Of a DNA stretch of 64,000 nucleotides, positions 36,691 through 47,618 are shown piece after piece. The notes below the pieces were generated by a model that was not told the DNA's origin, searched no databases, and was given only the letters and a program-made list of their open reading frames with translations. The position numbers and the translations under genes are program-made. Numbering within the stretch: the stretch's first letter is position 1; the number at the start of each line of letters is the position of its first letter. This DNA comes from Giardia intestinalis (Eukaryota): NCBI GenBank assembly GCA_000002435.2, contig CM018793.1, one strand, 5' to 3'.

Positions 36691-39108
36691 ATGAGCTGGA
36701 CCGCGTTCGAGCAGGGATCAGCTCTTTCAGAACCCCACCAGGCTCCTGTCTCGTTCATGGAGCTCACACGACCCAAATTCAAGAGCTACCAGCCTTTGCC
36801 CTCCAGCAGCCGTAGGTTCAGCGATGGTATGCCCTTAGCCCCGTTTCAGACAGAACTGAATAGAGACACCAGACATACTGAGCTTGGCAACGAACTGACC
36901 GATCTCCTCCGCCTAGTGACTGCGCGGCCTGGTGCTATACCTAAGCTAGTGCATGCACGCTACCAGGAGAAGCCGCGACTCAGCTCTGCGCCCCCTGCAG
37001 TTCCTGAGGCAATACGTGCGCCCCCTATTGAGGAAACGAATCTTGCACTCTCGGTATCCACAGTTCCTATCGTGACTCCGCAGTTTCTGCAGTTCAAAAC
37101 GATGAGTCCAAAACGGCTCAGAAGCCCGCAACACAAAAGGGGAAAGACAGACAAATCCAATAGATCCCCTACCAGTACATTAGAAGAGCTTGAAGACCGG
37201 ATTCGTCAGTTGGAGGCTGACAGAGATGCTATCACCCTGAAGTACCAACATAAACTTCAAAGCGAGCGTAATCAGCTCACCTGTGACAGATTAGACGCGC
37301 AGAAGACAGCAGTTATGGACACACAGCAGGAGTCCCAGATACAGCAGCCAACATCAGCTACCACCCACCTCACCACCTCACAACAGGAGGAGCTACGCCT
37401 CATGTCGCAACATGCATGGAATCCCCAGCAATTCTGGGGCACAGTTGACGCAGTTAAACCTCTCATCACACAGGACGCAGACCTTTCACCGACTCCAGAG
37501 GCAGAGAGTGTAGTGCTTGCAAGTAAGGGCATCACTCCGCCTTTAACACACGATGTTCACTGTCATCTTACAAAGCAATTCCTCGTTTCAGATGAGCACA
37601 GTGCTTTGGGGCTTTCTCTTGGTCCCAAGTCTGTCTCGCCAAGAGAATTCAAACGTCAGCAGGAAAAACAAGTTGTCCCAAATGTTGACATACATGCACA
37701 CAGATCTCGCGTTCCAAGGCCTCGCGATCCGCAAGATGTCTACATGGATGTCAATGTGCATGCTACACCCCTATATCCACAGCCTGTGACATGTCCCGCT
37801 AGAAAAGATCAGGAATCTTCTCAGTCACAGACAAATCCTCTTACGTATGATGAGTCTCACTTATTATTTGCAAGTTGGGGCGATGGACACCGTCAAAGGG
37901 AGCATTCTGTCAATACCAATGATATGGTATCTTCATCTGGTGGCGGATTGTCACCGGTTCAACCAGACATTAAGAAAACAAAGAGACGCAGTAAGAAGAG
38001 CGCTGTTGAACGAGCCACGACGCCATCTGTCGATGCTCTCGAAGATGCCCAGAAGTCCCTAGAGCAACTGTACCGCAACAAGCTGCGCCCCATGAACAAG
38101 CCCACAAAACCTTCGAATAATCATGCCGTGCCAGTTTATTCTGAGTTTACTGAGCTGGAGCCTCAGGAACAGCCACAAATTCTGGCACATCTGAGGAAGA
38201 CAATCACACCGCGTCTCTTGGACGCGACAGAAATTTACAATCAATATGCTCCAGTTAATACACCCGAGCAGGACCAACGAATGGCCAAGACGCTGACTCA
38301 ACGACACGAATTCATTCCCATTATATCGTCTGCACTGTTTGAGGACGGCGATGCCATTCAAATGAAGCCAACCCTCCAGGAATCTCAGGGAGGGTGTGTG
38401 TCTCAAGGAAAAGTGGCGACTGCATCCAGCGTCCTCGGCACAAGTGGCCTCATTGGCCAAAGCACGCACACACAGTTTTTTGCTAAGAGCATTCTAGACA
38501 AGAATGTCCTCATCGGAAGCACGTGCTATCTTGCTGAACGAAGCACAAGTCACTCAGACTATCGCAGTGACTGTATCTTGCCTCAACTAGTTCCGGTCAA
38601 GATAGACGACATAAACAACATAGAGGAAGCGCTCACAGAATCCGTTATTGACATCACCAAAGATGAGTCACCAATCTTTTCCGGGGCAACTGTGCGGATG
38701 GATGCTGGTCGGGGAAAGCAAACAAAGCTGTTAACCCGAAAGCAGGTGACTATAGACAACACGTCTAGGCAAACCAAGAAGCCTCGAAGCCGGAGCCGTG
38801 TGATGTTTGCTGGAATTGACATGAGTGAGACAGGCAGCGCACTGTCCTCGTCACCGCAAGTCCAGCGCGAACTTGTGCCCACCACTACACAACCGAAGAT
38901 CGCTGCACATGTGACACGAAGGCTGGAGCCAAACGAAGATAACTTTCAGCGTGCCATCGCGGTGCCCGATGCCATGGCAGGTTCAACCTCTGAAGTCTCA
39001 AGGATTGAATTGCTGGGACCGGTACCTATGGCCACTAGTTTTAATTCACAGTTACTCACCGATGACCTCGGAGCGCACAATTACACTCTCTTGCTGGAAT
39101 CTCATTAG
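36691..39108 (+). CDS. hypothetical S/T/Q-rich protein with short coiled-coil segment
   Basis: ATG at 36691. Long ORF with a coiled-coil stretch (LEELEDRIRQLEADRDAITLKYQHKLQSERNQL) inside low-complexity sequence. Confidence 0.65.
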   Translation: MSWTAFEQGSALSEPHQAPVSFMELTRPKFKSYQPLPSSSRRFSDGMPLAPFQTELNRDTRHTELGNELTDLLRLVTARPGAIPKLVHARYQEKPRLSSAPPAVPEAIRAPPIEETNLALSVSTVPIVTPQFLQFKTMSPKRLRSPQHKRGKTDKSNRSPTSTLEELEDRIRQLEADRDAITLKYQHKLQSERNQLTCDRLDAQKTAVMDTQQESQIQQPTSATTHLTTSQQEELRLMSQHAWNPQQFWGTVDAVKPLITQDADLSPTPEAESVVLASKGITPPLTHDVHCHLTKQFLVSDEHSALGLSLGPKSVSPREFKRQQEKQVVPNVDIHAHRSRVPRPRDPQDVYMDVNVHATPLYPQPVTCPARKDQESSQSQTNPLTYDESHLLFASWGDGHRQREHSVNTNDMVSSSGGGLSPVQPDIKKTKRRSKKSAVERATTPSVDALEDAQKSLEQLYRNKLRPMNKPTKPSNNHAVPVYSEFTELEPQEQPQILAHLRKTITPRLLDATEIYNQYAPVNTPEQDQRMAKTLTQRHEFIPIISSALFEDGDAIQMKPTLQESQGGCVSQGKVATASSVLGTSGLIGQSTHTQFFAKSILDKNVLIGSTCYLAERSTSHSDYRSDCILPQLVPVKIDDINNIEEALTESVIDITKDESPIFSGATVRMDAGRGKQTKLLTRKQVTIDNTSRQTKKPRSRSRVMFAGIDMSETGSALSSSPQVQRELVPTTTQPKIAAHVTRRLEPNEDNFQRAIAVPDAMAGSTSEVSRIELLGPVPMATSFNSQLLTDDLGAHNYTLLLESH

Positions 39109-39237
39109 AATCCGGCCACCTCGATTTGAACTGATAGAAGTAAGCGCATCAGGTTGTTTTCAGGTGTACCTACTGTGCTGCGGATGCCTGAGTTAAAGTG
39201 AATGTGACAAGGGCAAATTCCCATGGTCCAACATTAA

Positions 39238-42200
39238 ATGTTATCAGACAGCGCTTCCCAGAGGTACACAGTGCCGTCTATCTTGGGTCAAGGAGCGCTA
39301 GGGAGAACGTATGTTGCAGAACGAACAAGCGATGGACGGCAGGTAGTAGTCAAGGAGATTGACTTAGGTGCCTTCTTTACCGATGAAGCAATCGCCATTG
39401 AGACAGAGCTGAACGTTTTATTAGACGGAAATAGCGATTATTTGGTTAATGTGTATAGCATTTTTCGTGATAGCGCGCTTAATTACTTATATTTGGAGTC
39501 AGAGTATTGTACGGGCGGCTCTCTCGAGGATCTTATCAAGCAGCATCGAAAAGGTGGCACTTCTGCTCCAGAGCCATTTGTCTGGGAGGTCCTATCGCAG
39601 ATGGCCTATGGACTCCGCGACCTGCATAGACTGTACAAGCAGACAGAAAGAAAAGTGCTTATACGTCTTAGACCTTCGAGTGTGTTATTTACCAATGCTG
39701 GAAGGCTAAAACTTGGTGACCTAAGCCCTTGTTCTCTTAGTCACAGTCTTCCGATGCGTGTTACTTCCTCTCTGCCACCTGAGCTCTTTGAAGATAAGAG
39801 AGCGCCTCGTGGGCCAGACGGCGGTTACGGATTTACACCTAGTTCAGATATATGGTCACTGGGCTGCATACTTCTTGAGCTGTGTACGCTTCAATCAGTT
39901 ACGGCACTAGCAGACCCTATAGATGATGTGATCACCACGAAGATGGATCACTACTCGGAGGATCTTAGAATAATGGTGCGAATGTGTCTTCGAAAACATG
40001 CATCTGATCGTATTTCTAGCGAAAATCTTTGCTTGCTACCCCAGGTGAAGCAAGCCCTTTCTCAGTTTCAATCTATCACGGCATCGTGTGCCTCCCCACC
40101 CTCCCCCGGAGTTTTACGGTCAGAGTCGCGAGGACAACGGTATAACATGGTAGAGGGAGACACAGAGCTTATCTTGGCTGCGGCAGTTGGAAAAGCATTT
40201 GCAGTTCAACAATACATTATGCAAGCAGGTGTATCTAACGCTCAGGGCCAAACAGCCATGATGTTGGCAGCCATGTACGGCCATTCAGATTGTGTTGCTT
40301 TGCTCCTGGAGTGTGAACACGGTTTACGAGATGCAGCAGGCAAAACCGCCCTCATGTATGCTGCAGAACATGGGCATGCGGGGTGTGTAGGACTTCTTAA
40401 AGAGGCAGAGGGCGGTCTGACCAGCTCCATCGGGCAAACAGCCCTTATGCTGGCGGCTACAACCGGCTCCGAGGTCTGCGTTCATCTACTTCTTACCCTT
40501 GAAAGTGGTATGAAGGATGCGGCAGGGATGACAGCACTGATGCATGCTGTCCTCCACGAGAAGCTCTCTTGTGTTAACATTCTGATGCTTTGTGAGGCAC
40601 GTATCACCAATCTAGAGGGTGAAACGGCCCTGATTTCTGCTATTCGCTTTGAGAACATAGAGTGTGTTAAGAAGCTAGCTGAGCTGGAAGCAGGCATCTC
40701 TAGTGTCGAAGGAAAGTTGGCCATCATTATAGCACTTGAGCAACACTATTTGGAAGGCTTCACTATTCTTCTAGAACATGAAGCAATGACAGAGGAAGGT
40801 TGCCGTCTTGTACTTAGGTCTTTGATGCAAAGCGAAAGTGAGGAGTTCTATCAGACCCTAGAGGCACACGCGGCAAAGCATAGTATTGCGCTCGGAAGCG
40901 GACTAAGAAACCCCAAGTCTGTATGTAAGAACAAGACAGACCTGATGCTTGCAGCAGAGGCAGGAGACACGCAAAGAGTCAAGCAGTACCTCGAGCAGCA
41001 GGGCCAAATCACCACTGATGGTTGGACTGCCTTAATGCTTGCAGCCAAGAACAACCACCTACAGTGTTGCGAGTTACTTCTGCACGAGGGAAATATCGGT
41101 GTGAAGGGCAGAAACACTGCACTTACCCATGCCATGGCAGCGAATGCTGGACCTTGTGCAGACATCCTTTATCCTGTAGAAAAGTACAGTAGCAATGTTA
41201 CTAGCTTGATGTGGCACTCTTACAAGGGAGATATAGAATTTGTCGTCCAAAACCTCCGAGATGTGCGCAAACAAACTATTACGGGAGTAACAGCGCTGAT
41301 GTATGCTGCACAACAGGGTCATATTGCATGCGTCCAAGTTCTGGTAGACTATGAGCTCAAGCTGCGTAGTCAAGCTGGCTGGACGGCACTCATGTATGCA
41401 GCCGCCTTTGGGAACGCCGCTTGCATCTGGCTTCTCTTTGCAGAGGCCCGGCTTGAAAATAGAGACGGAGAAACTGCACTTATTCTGGCCACCAAGGGCG
41501 GCCATTCGTCGTGTCTCGATCGTCTCTGCCAGTATGAGCACAGGCTTCGAAACAGACACGGGTGGACTGCGCTGATGCACGCTGCTGCACAGAACGACAT
41601 CGGTGCAGTGAAACTACTGGTTCAGCACGAAGCAGGAATTCAAGACAGAAAAGGTCAGACAGCCCTCATGATCGCAGTGACGAATGGCCATCTGGAGTGC
41701 GCAGAGATACTTCTGATGGAGGCTCAACTAACAACGCATAAGTCGCTACCATTTACGGGAGCGTTGTCAGGATCATCAGATACTAAGGGAACAACTGCCC
41801 TTCTAATTGCCATGAGAATGGGCTTTGCCGAGGGAACGCGGCTATTAGGACGGCTAGAGGATAAATCCACTCCTGTTACCAATTTGATGATTGGTGCCAG
41901 TGCGGGAAGCGTTGACCAGGTTCGGTATTATATCAATCAAGCAGGAATGACAGATGAAATAGGCGCAACTGCTTTGATGTACGCCGCAGCCGCCGGGAAC
42001 GCTGCATGTGTTGAGCTCTTGATGGACATCGAGGCAGGAAGAAAGACAGATGCGGGAGATACGGCGTTGATGCTGGCCCTAAGGCAGAACCATCTGGCAT
42101 GTATGATGCTCCTGTTGGATAGTGAAGAGCACCTTCATGAGTCCTCAAAGCAGTCAATTATTCGCACAGCAATAGCACTAGAGAGGCGACTCTGCTTTGA

Positions 42201-43677
42201 TACAATTATTGACTATTATTTCGAGAAGGGGAAAATGGATATAAAAGAAGTGCTTAGTACCGTGGTATCCATGAGGAAGACAGAATATATGACTTCCCTT
42301 GGTGCATCTGCACGGAAGTATGGGCGTCCAGTCTGCTCAGAGCCTTTGCTACCTCGGGAACGTGTTAGACAGCCCACTGAGCTCATGATTGCCACTCGGG
42401 CAGGGGACACAACAGCAATTGCTAAGCACATTTCGCAGTTAGGAGCTCTATGTGAAGGGAAGCTGCTTGCAGGCGGGGGAACTGCCTTACAATGGGCAGT
42501 CTGTGCAGGACACATTGAAGCTGCCCGGCTGTTGCTGGCGGAAGTGGGTATTCTTAGTGATGATGGATATAGCTCTCTGCTGCGAGCATGTGAAAGAGGG
42601 GACCGGGACATGATAGCCCTTTTGATCCCTTACGAGTTGGACTTAGTTGGAGTGACCCAGCTTATAGCAAACGCGAGTATGGGTAACTGTAATGCGTGTG
42701 AGCATATTTTAGGGGCTCCAGAAGGTGTTAAACTGCTGGGTCGGGCTACAGACACAGGCCTCACTGCCTTAATGCTAGCAGCCAGGTACGGGCATGAAGA
42801 CGTTATTGCCCTCTTGCGTTCCCACGAGAGCAACCTTCGTAATCCAAAAGGTGTCACAGCACTGATGGAGGCCGCGGTGAACAATCACGTCGAATGTGTC
42901 AGGCTTCTGATTGATGACGAAGGGGGAATACAAAACAGTGATGGGTTCAGTGCACTTATGCTGGCGGCTTCGCTAGGACATCTGGCTATCATAGAAGCTC
43001 TTATCCCAGAGGAGCATGGGATGCAAACACACACAGGAACAACCGCCCTAATGCTGGCAGCAAGCAGCGGTCATGCAGAATGCGTGCAGAAACTCGCAGC
43101 CCATGAGGCGTGTATCCAGAACGAAACAGGCTGGACTGCGTTGATGTATGCTGCATCAAGGGGGCATGCAGATTGCTTATTTCATCTTTTCGCGGAAGCG
43201 TTCATCCGAAATAGGGACGGTCAGCTTGCGCTAGATATAGCTCTGCAACACAATAAGTATAAGTGTTTTGAGATACTCCAGGGGCGTGAGGCACGAATTC
43301 GAGGGATGACTGACCTGATGCTGCTAACCATTCGCAACGATGTGGACGCCGTGGCGCTATTAGCAGAGTTGCAATCCAATTGTGAAGATGCTGAGAGATG
43401 CACGGCATTAATGTATGCGTGTAAGTTTGGACACTTAAAGTGTGCAGAGATCCTGGCCAAGTATGAAGCTGGGCACCTGGATAAGCGCGGATATAGCGCC
43501 CTTATGTATGCAATTGAAGAAGGAAACGTGGCTTGCATTATGGCTGTTATTGCTCTAGAGATCGACGTTTGGCGAGAAAACGGTCCCAGTCCCCTTGATA
43601 TTGCCATCACAAAAGGGGACCACGAGCTAATCCGGCTTGTGAATGAAAACCTCGGATCTAATGTTTATCCTGCATAA
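39238..43677 (+). CDS. NEK-like pseudokinase domain fused to about 30 ankyrin repeats
   Basis: N-terminal kinase fold (LGQGALGRTYVAE, VVVKEI, SDIWSLGCILLELCT) lacks HRD (LIRLRPSSVLF) and DFG (KLGDLSP). The remaining roughly 1,250 aa are tandem 33-aa ankyrin repeats (GQTAMMLAAMYGHSDCVALLLE; GKTALMYAAEHGHAGCVGLL; GWTALMYAAAFGNAACIWLL...). Confidence 0.85.
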   Translation: MLSDSASQRYTVPSILGQGALGRTYVAERTSDGRQVVVKEIDLGAFFTDEAIAIETELNVLLDGNSDYLVNVYSIFRDSALNYLYLESEYCTGGSLEDLIKQHRKGGTSAPEPFVWEVLSQMAYGLRDLHRLYKQTERKVLIRLRPSSVLFTNAGRLKLGDLSPCSLSHSLPMRVTSSLPPELFEDKRAPRGPDGGYGFTPSSDIWSLGCILLELCTLQSVTALADPIDDVITTKMDHYSEDLRIMVRMCLRKHASDRISSENLCLLPQVKQALSQFQSITASCASPPSPGVLRSESRGQRYNMVEGDTELILAAAVGKAFAVQQYIMQAGVSNAQGQTAMMLAAMYGHSDCVALLLECEHGLRDAAGKTALMYAAEHGHAGCVGLLKEAEGGLTSSIGQTALMLAATTGSEVCVHLLLTLESGMKDAAGMTALMHAVLHEKLSCVNILMLCEARITNLEGETALISAIRFENIECVKKLAELEAGISSVEGKLAIIIALEQHYLEGFTILLEHEAMTEEGCRLVLRSLMQSESEEFYQTLEAHAAKHSIALGSGLRNPKSVCKNKTDLMLAAEAGDTQRVKQYLEQQGQITTDGWTALMLAAKNNHLQCCELLLHEGNIGVKGRNTALTHAMAANAGPCADILYPVEKYSSNVTSLMWHSYKGDIEFVVQNLRDVRKQTITGVTALMYAAQQGHIACVQVLVDYELKLRSQAGWTALMYAAAFGNAACIWLLFAEARLENRDGETALILATKGGHSSCLDRLCQYEHRLRNRHGWTALMHAAAQNDIGAVKLLVQHEAGIQDRKGQTALMIAVTNGHLECAEILLMEAQLTTHKSLPFTGALSGSSDTKGTTALLIAMRMGFAEGTRLLGRLEDKSTPVTNLMIGASAGSVDQVRYYINQAGMTDEIGATALMYAAAAGNAACVELLMDIEAGRKTDAGDTALMLALRQNHLACMMLLLDSEEHLHESSKQSIIRTAIALERRLCFDTIIDYYFEKGKMDIKEVLSTVVSMRKTEYMTSLGASARKYGRPVCSEPLLPRERVRQPTELMIATRAGDTTAIAKHISQLGALCEGKLLAGGGTALQWAVCAGHIEAARLLLAEVGILSDDGYSSLLRACERGDRDMIALLIPYELDLVGVTQLIANASMGNCNACEHILGAPEGVKLLGRATDTGLTALMLAARYGHEDVIALLRSHESNLRNPKGVTALMEAAVNNHVECVRLLIDDEGGIQNSDGFSALMLAASLGHLAIIEALIPEEHGMQTHTGTTALMLAASSGHAECVQKLAAHEACIQNETGWTALMYAASRGHADCLFHLFAEAFIRNRDGQLALDIALQHNKYKCFEILQGREARIRGMTDLMLLTIRNDVDAVALLAELQSNCEDAERCTALMYACKFGHLKCAEILAKYEAGHLDKRGYSALMYAIEEGNVACIMAVIALEIDVWRENGPSPLDIAITKGDHELIRLVNENLGSNVYPA

Positions 43678-43685
43678 GTTTTAAA

Positions 43686-46600
43686 ATGAGGGTGCTCTTG
43701 CTCCTCTGCTCTACTCTAGCAAACTACTCTTTTGTTTCCCCGCCCATTGCTGCGAAGACGCCGATTAGCCTCGTGGTCTATGAAAGAACAAATACGGATA
43801 TGCTTCCTCAGGAGTCTCCAACGTGTGGTTCAAAGTCTATAACCTGTCCAGGATATACGGATCCTGCCTCTCAAGTAATCTCGTCGTCTACTTGTGTCTA
43901 TACATATCCCTACACTGCATCATCTGCCTCTTCACCTAGCACCTGCACTATTGATAGTGTGAGTATTCCCATTGCTAATAAGGTTGATGGGTACATAGAC
44001 TATCTTCCTCTGCTCCACAATACGTCGTTCTTTGACACGGACGAAAGTTACAGTAGTATGTACGCGTCTTTTAAAACGTATGAAGTCAACGGAAAGACGT
44101 ATGCAAACGTGAGTGAGCTGCCCATCTATGGCACCGCTATCTCTCCGTCTGGGAGAATAGCAGCATGCTACACAGCCAACAGGGTCACTGTCTACTTCGA
44201 CCAGGATACGTCTTCAAGCAACTTTAAAGTTCTCTCAGGAGCAGACCTATTTCCAACTGAAATTCTCCCAGGAGAGATGACCGTCATGTCAGTTGACATC
44301 TCGGATGAGTTTCTTATCATCATGTTCGGCCAAACCAATGGTGGGTCCCAGATTGGCTTTAGAATATTTGAATTAAACATAACCGAAAGTACATTGGATA
44401 AAAAGATTAAGCAATTCTCTGTTAAGACCAAGACAACAGACATGCTATTTCGTGGGAGCACCAGCGGGACAAAGATAGGGTCATTCACTGCAAACAGCTG
44501 TCATAAAGGGAGTGTCGCCCTGGACAAGGTAGGCACAAAAGAATACATCCTGGGGGCAATAGTAACTTGTCCAAACAGTAGCTATACGCACAACTTCATC
44601 TTTACGGCCACAAACGTTGGGACCGCGTTTGCCTTTGTCCTAAAGAAGGATGGCACCTGGCTGGGTCAAACCACACCTCTGCTCCTTGTCCCCGACATAC
44701 CCTCAGACGCTCCACTGACAGAAATAATGAGGAATTACCAATTTACTACAGCAGCCATTCAAAACGGACGAGTGTTTCTTTCTGGAGGAAGCCAGGTGTT
44801 ATACTACACATTTCTGAGCTCTGGTGACTATGGTAGCCTTCAGGGTAAGACAAAGACCCTGAGCTCAATCACTGTTTTTCAAGACAACGCTTCTCCGTTG
44901 ACGCCTGGCCCGGAACCAAGGGACAGAACGTCAACCGTTGGTCCAGCAATGACCTTCACGTACAACAACACCTTCCTCGTTGGAATAGACTCTGGGCAAT
45001 CTCCTGCTGTCGTTTTGGAGTACAATCTAAGCGATTCCACAAACGTAGTCAAACTGGGAGCTATCGTTAACATGTCCACTCCTCATATATTATCCCCCCT
45101 GGGATTTGGGCTAGATAGCGTGGCCATTATAGACAATCAAGATAGAAGTCAAGTGAGGTTTGCTCGTCTTCCGAGCGCGCAACCAGTTACAGCCGACACA
45201 GTGCTCTCCACGACCTCCACCATTGAGTGGATGACCATTACAGCACCTACCACCGTAGAAACAACAGAAGAAGACTCAGACTTTCAGGTACAGTCAGATA
45301 AGATTATTCCCCGGTCGAGAAGGAACCTTGTCTCCCTCTCCTACAGCAATGGCCGGATCGTTGCGTTTAATCCGACCAATATCAGAACTCAAACGCTATA
45401 TCTTGGAAACCTAAGCATGTACAGTGTTCTTGTCGGCGATAAACTTCCAGAACTTGAACTCAACACAAGTACAGCTTCTGCGGGTAGTAATATCACCATC
45501 ACGTATAACACTTTATTTTCAACTACCTCACCACCCAGTGGAAGCGGCACAGACTCGGCCAAGTGCTTGCTATTCAGTTTGCAATATACTGGCAGCAACA
45601 TCGGTCTTTTGCCGAGTGATATCTCTACTAAGTCATATACCAGCACTACATCAGCTAATGCTGGTACATACCTCTCATGTGTGTACACGTTTCAGGTCCC
45701 TATATATGCACACAACTACCAACTGGGCCTGTATTCAGCAGGAGTATTGGTTGCAACTGGCAACCTTTCTGTCACTCCCACTGAGCAAACTACTGTCAAC
45801 GCGGTGATATTCAACCCGTCTATACTACGAAAAGATCGGCAACTCAGTGTCTCGGTCATACCCGGAGACAAGTACGGAAACAGACTAGTGTTTGCAGACA
45901 CTCGCGCGGCTGCTTCTCTACCGAACTGTGACTTTTTCAAGCTTATAGTGTACAACATCTCACAGTATCCCGAGGACGTTGATTACTCTACCGTTAGTAG
46001 CGCGCAAGGACTCGACGAGGTGGCAGAGCTACACTTTGTCAAAAACGGGACACATTATTGCACAACAAAACCGGTTGTTATTAATGCCCAAGGCCAGTAC
46101 CTCTTCAAATTGACAGATAAAGATGACCATGACCTGGAGCTTTCTCCAAGCGTTATGCAACAATTGGTGACGTGGGTGAACGAGCCAGCGGGGCTTAACC
46201 ACCCAAAAATGGCGTGGGGAGTACTTGTTTTGGCGATTGCATTACTCACGCTGGTTATCTTCATTGTACCATTCCTCCTGTATAGGTTTTTCAACAGGCC
46301 TCCGGAGACTATCTTCAAAGGGTCTTACGTGTCTGCAAATAAAGGGGCGACCATAGAAGAGCGCGAGGCCATGCGCAAAAAGTACCAGAATGCAACCCTG
46401 AGTACATCTGGCCAGAGAGTATTGTCGGGAATCCCGTTACTTTCTGTCCTTAGAAATGAGCTGGGAAAGAATCTGTTAGCAAAAAACACAGACGAAGCAG
46501 CAGCATCTATATCTGTTGTTGATGAGCCCAACAAATCAAGTTCTGCATCATTCACGGCTAAGTTCGCAAGACAACTCCATGAGATCCGCTCTACAATCTC

Positions 46601-47390
46601 ACCGAATGTAATCAGCCAGCTCCAATCTGTGAGGAAATACATTAGTACCGGCGCAAATCAGTACGCTAGTACTGATGATTGTTCTGGTTGTAGTAAGTGG
46701 ACGCAAGAAAGCGGGACCTTTTTCATATACACATTTCCCGCAATGGTAGGAGAACCCCCCGAGCCTGCCCTTGTTTTCGCATCTGAGTTTTCTTCTGCTA
46801 ATGTGGTAGAAACATATGTAGACCAGCTCACTTTATGGACGTTGTTGCCAGATGTAGAGGGCCGCCTCGCCATCAAGGGGATCTTTACCTACGAAAACAA
46901 ACCAATTGCAGGCAATAAGTGTGATGGTATTCAATCAGTCCTCAATGCAATATCTTTGACCTCCTCGCACTTCGTCATAGTGCTAGCAGAACCAGCCTCA
47001 CTCTTGAGCAGCCCATCCAAGGCCGATGTTCAGTGTGTTGTTCACGCTCTCAGAGCAGCCATATTCAACTGCATCCCGTCCAGGGGGCTTGGAGGAGCTG
47101 TCCCTTCGTCCCTTTGGAGAGACCGGACAGGAGCTGCCAAGCTCGGCCCGCCAACTATTATGAGCAAGGCCTATATGCTCCAGGGACTTTCAAGCGAGAG
47201 TTCTGCCGACTACGAATTACGCTGTTTGATTGTAGCGCTAGTAGTCTTGTCGTGTGTTCCAGCTGTGGATTACAGAGAGGCACTTGAGTGCAAGATCAAC
47301 AGTGCAGCGATCAGAAACCCTTATCTCGCTGGCTTGTACTCCCAAATCCAATCGGTAGGATGGGCAACCCTGCGTGCTGAGACAGAGTAG
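43686..47390 (+). CDS. type I membrane protein: signal peptide, about 820-aa ectodomain, single TM, about 370-aa cytoplasmic tail
   Basis: ATG at 43686, only 8 bp after the preceding stop. N-terminal signal peptide MRVLLLLCSTLANYSFVSP. One TM helix MAWGVLVLAIALLTLVIFIVPFLLY is followed by basic residues RFFNRP. Not CXXC-rich, so it is not a VSP or high-cysteine membrane protein. Confidence 0.75.
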   Translation: MRVLLLLCSTLANYSFVSPPIAAKTPISLVVYERTNTDMLPQESPTCGSKSITCPGYTDPASQVISSSTCVYTYPYTASSASSPSTCTIDSVSIPIANKVDGYIDYLPLLHNTSFFDTDESYSSMYASFKTYEVNGKTYANVSELPIYGTAISPSGRIAACYTANRVTVYFDQDTSSSNFKVLSGADLFPTEILPGEMTVMSVDISDEFLIIMFGQTNGGSQIGFRIFELNITESTLDKKIKQFSVKTKTTDMLFRGSTSGTKIGSFTANSCHKGSVALDKVGTKEYILGAIVTCPNSSYTHNFIFTATNVGTAFAFVLKKDGTWLGQTTPLLLVPDIPSDAPLTEIMRNYQFTTAAIQNGRVFLSGGSQVLYYTFLSSGDYGSLQGKTKTLSSITVFQDNASPLTPGPEPRDRTSTVGPAMTFTYNNTFLVGIDSGQSPAVVLEYNLSDSTNVVKLGAIVNMSTPHILSPLGFGLDSVAIIDNQDRSQVRFARLPSAQPVTADTVLSTTSTIEWMTITAPTTVETTEEDSDFQVQSDKIIPRSRRNLVSLSYSNGRIVAFNPTNIRTQTLYLGNLSMYSVLVGDKLPELELNTSTASAGSNITITYNTLFSTTSPPSGSGTDSAKCLLFSLQYTGSNIGLLPSDISTKSYTSTTSANAGTYLSCVYTFQVPIYAHNYQLGLYSAGVLVATGNLSVTPTEQTTVNAVIFNPSILRKDRQLSVSVIPGDKYGNRLVFADTRAAASLPNCDFFKLIVYNISQYPEDVDYSTVSSAQGLDEVAELHFVKNGTHYCTTKPVVINAQGQYLFKLTDKDDHDLELSPSVMQQLVTWVNEPAGLNHPKMAWGVLVLAIALLTLVIFIVPFLLYRFFNRPPETIFKGSYVSANKGATIEEREAMRKKYQNATLSTSGQRVLSGIPLLSVLRNELGKNLLAKNTDEAAASISVVDEPNKSSSASFTAKFARQLHEIRSTISPNVISQLQSVRKYISTGANQYASTDDCSGCSKWTQESGTFFIYTFPAMVGEPPEPALVFASEFSSANVVETYVDQLTLWTLLPDVEGRLAIKGIFTYENKPIAGNKCDGIQSVLNAISLTSSHFVIVLAEPASLLSSPSKADVQCVVHALRAAIFNCIPSRGLGGAVPSSLWRDRTGAAKLGPPTIMSKAYMLQGLSSESSADYELRCLIVALVVLSCVPAVDYREALECKINSAAIRNPYLAGLYSQIQSVGWATLRAETE

Positions 47391-47618
47391 CGACCACGAG
47401 TGCCTCGGCAGCTTAAGTAAAGGGTCAGAGCATTGTAAGACGGCAAACGTCACAAGGTAAGACGGGCGGCCGTCGTCCTCAAGATAGGTCGCTCCCAATC
47501 ATCATATCTCATACGAATGGATCGGAGGGCGATGAATTTCAAAGTCTAATTCCAATTCTAAATAGATGACTCCAGCTGTAACCTTTACAGCGTCACATGG
47601 GTCGGGTCTTGGAACAAT

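Noticed and set aside
39238-43677. Highly repetitive DNA inside the 4.4-kb ankyrin gene as a possible tandem repeat or satellite
   Set aside because: The periodicity is the 99-nt (33-aa) ankyrin repeat at protein level, with divergent nucleotide sequence. It is coding-repeat structure, not a DNA satellite.
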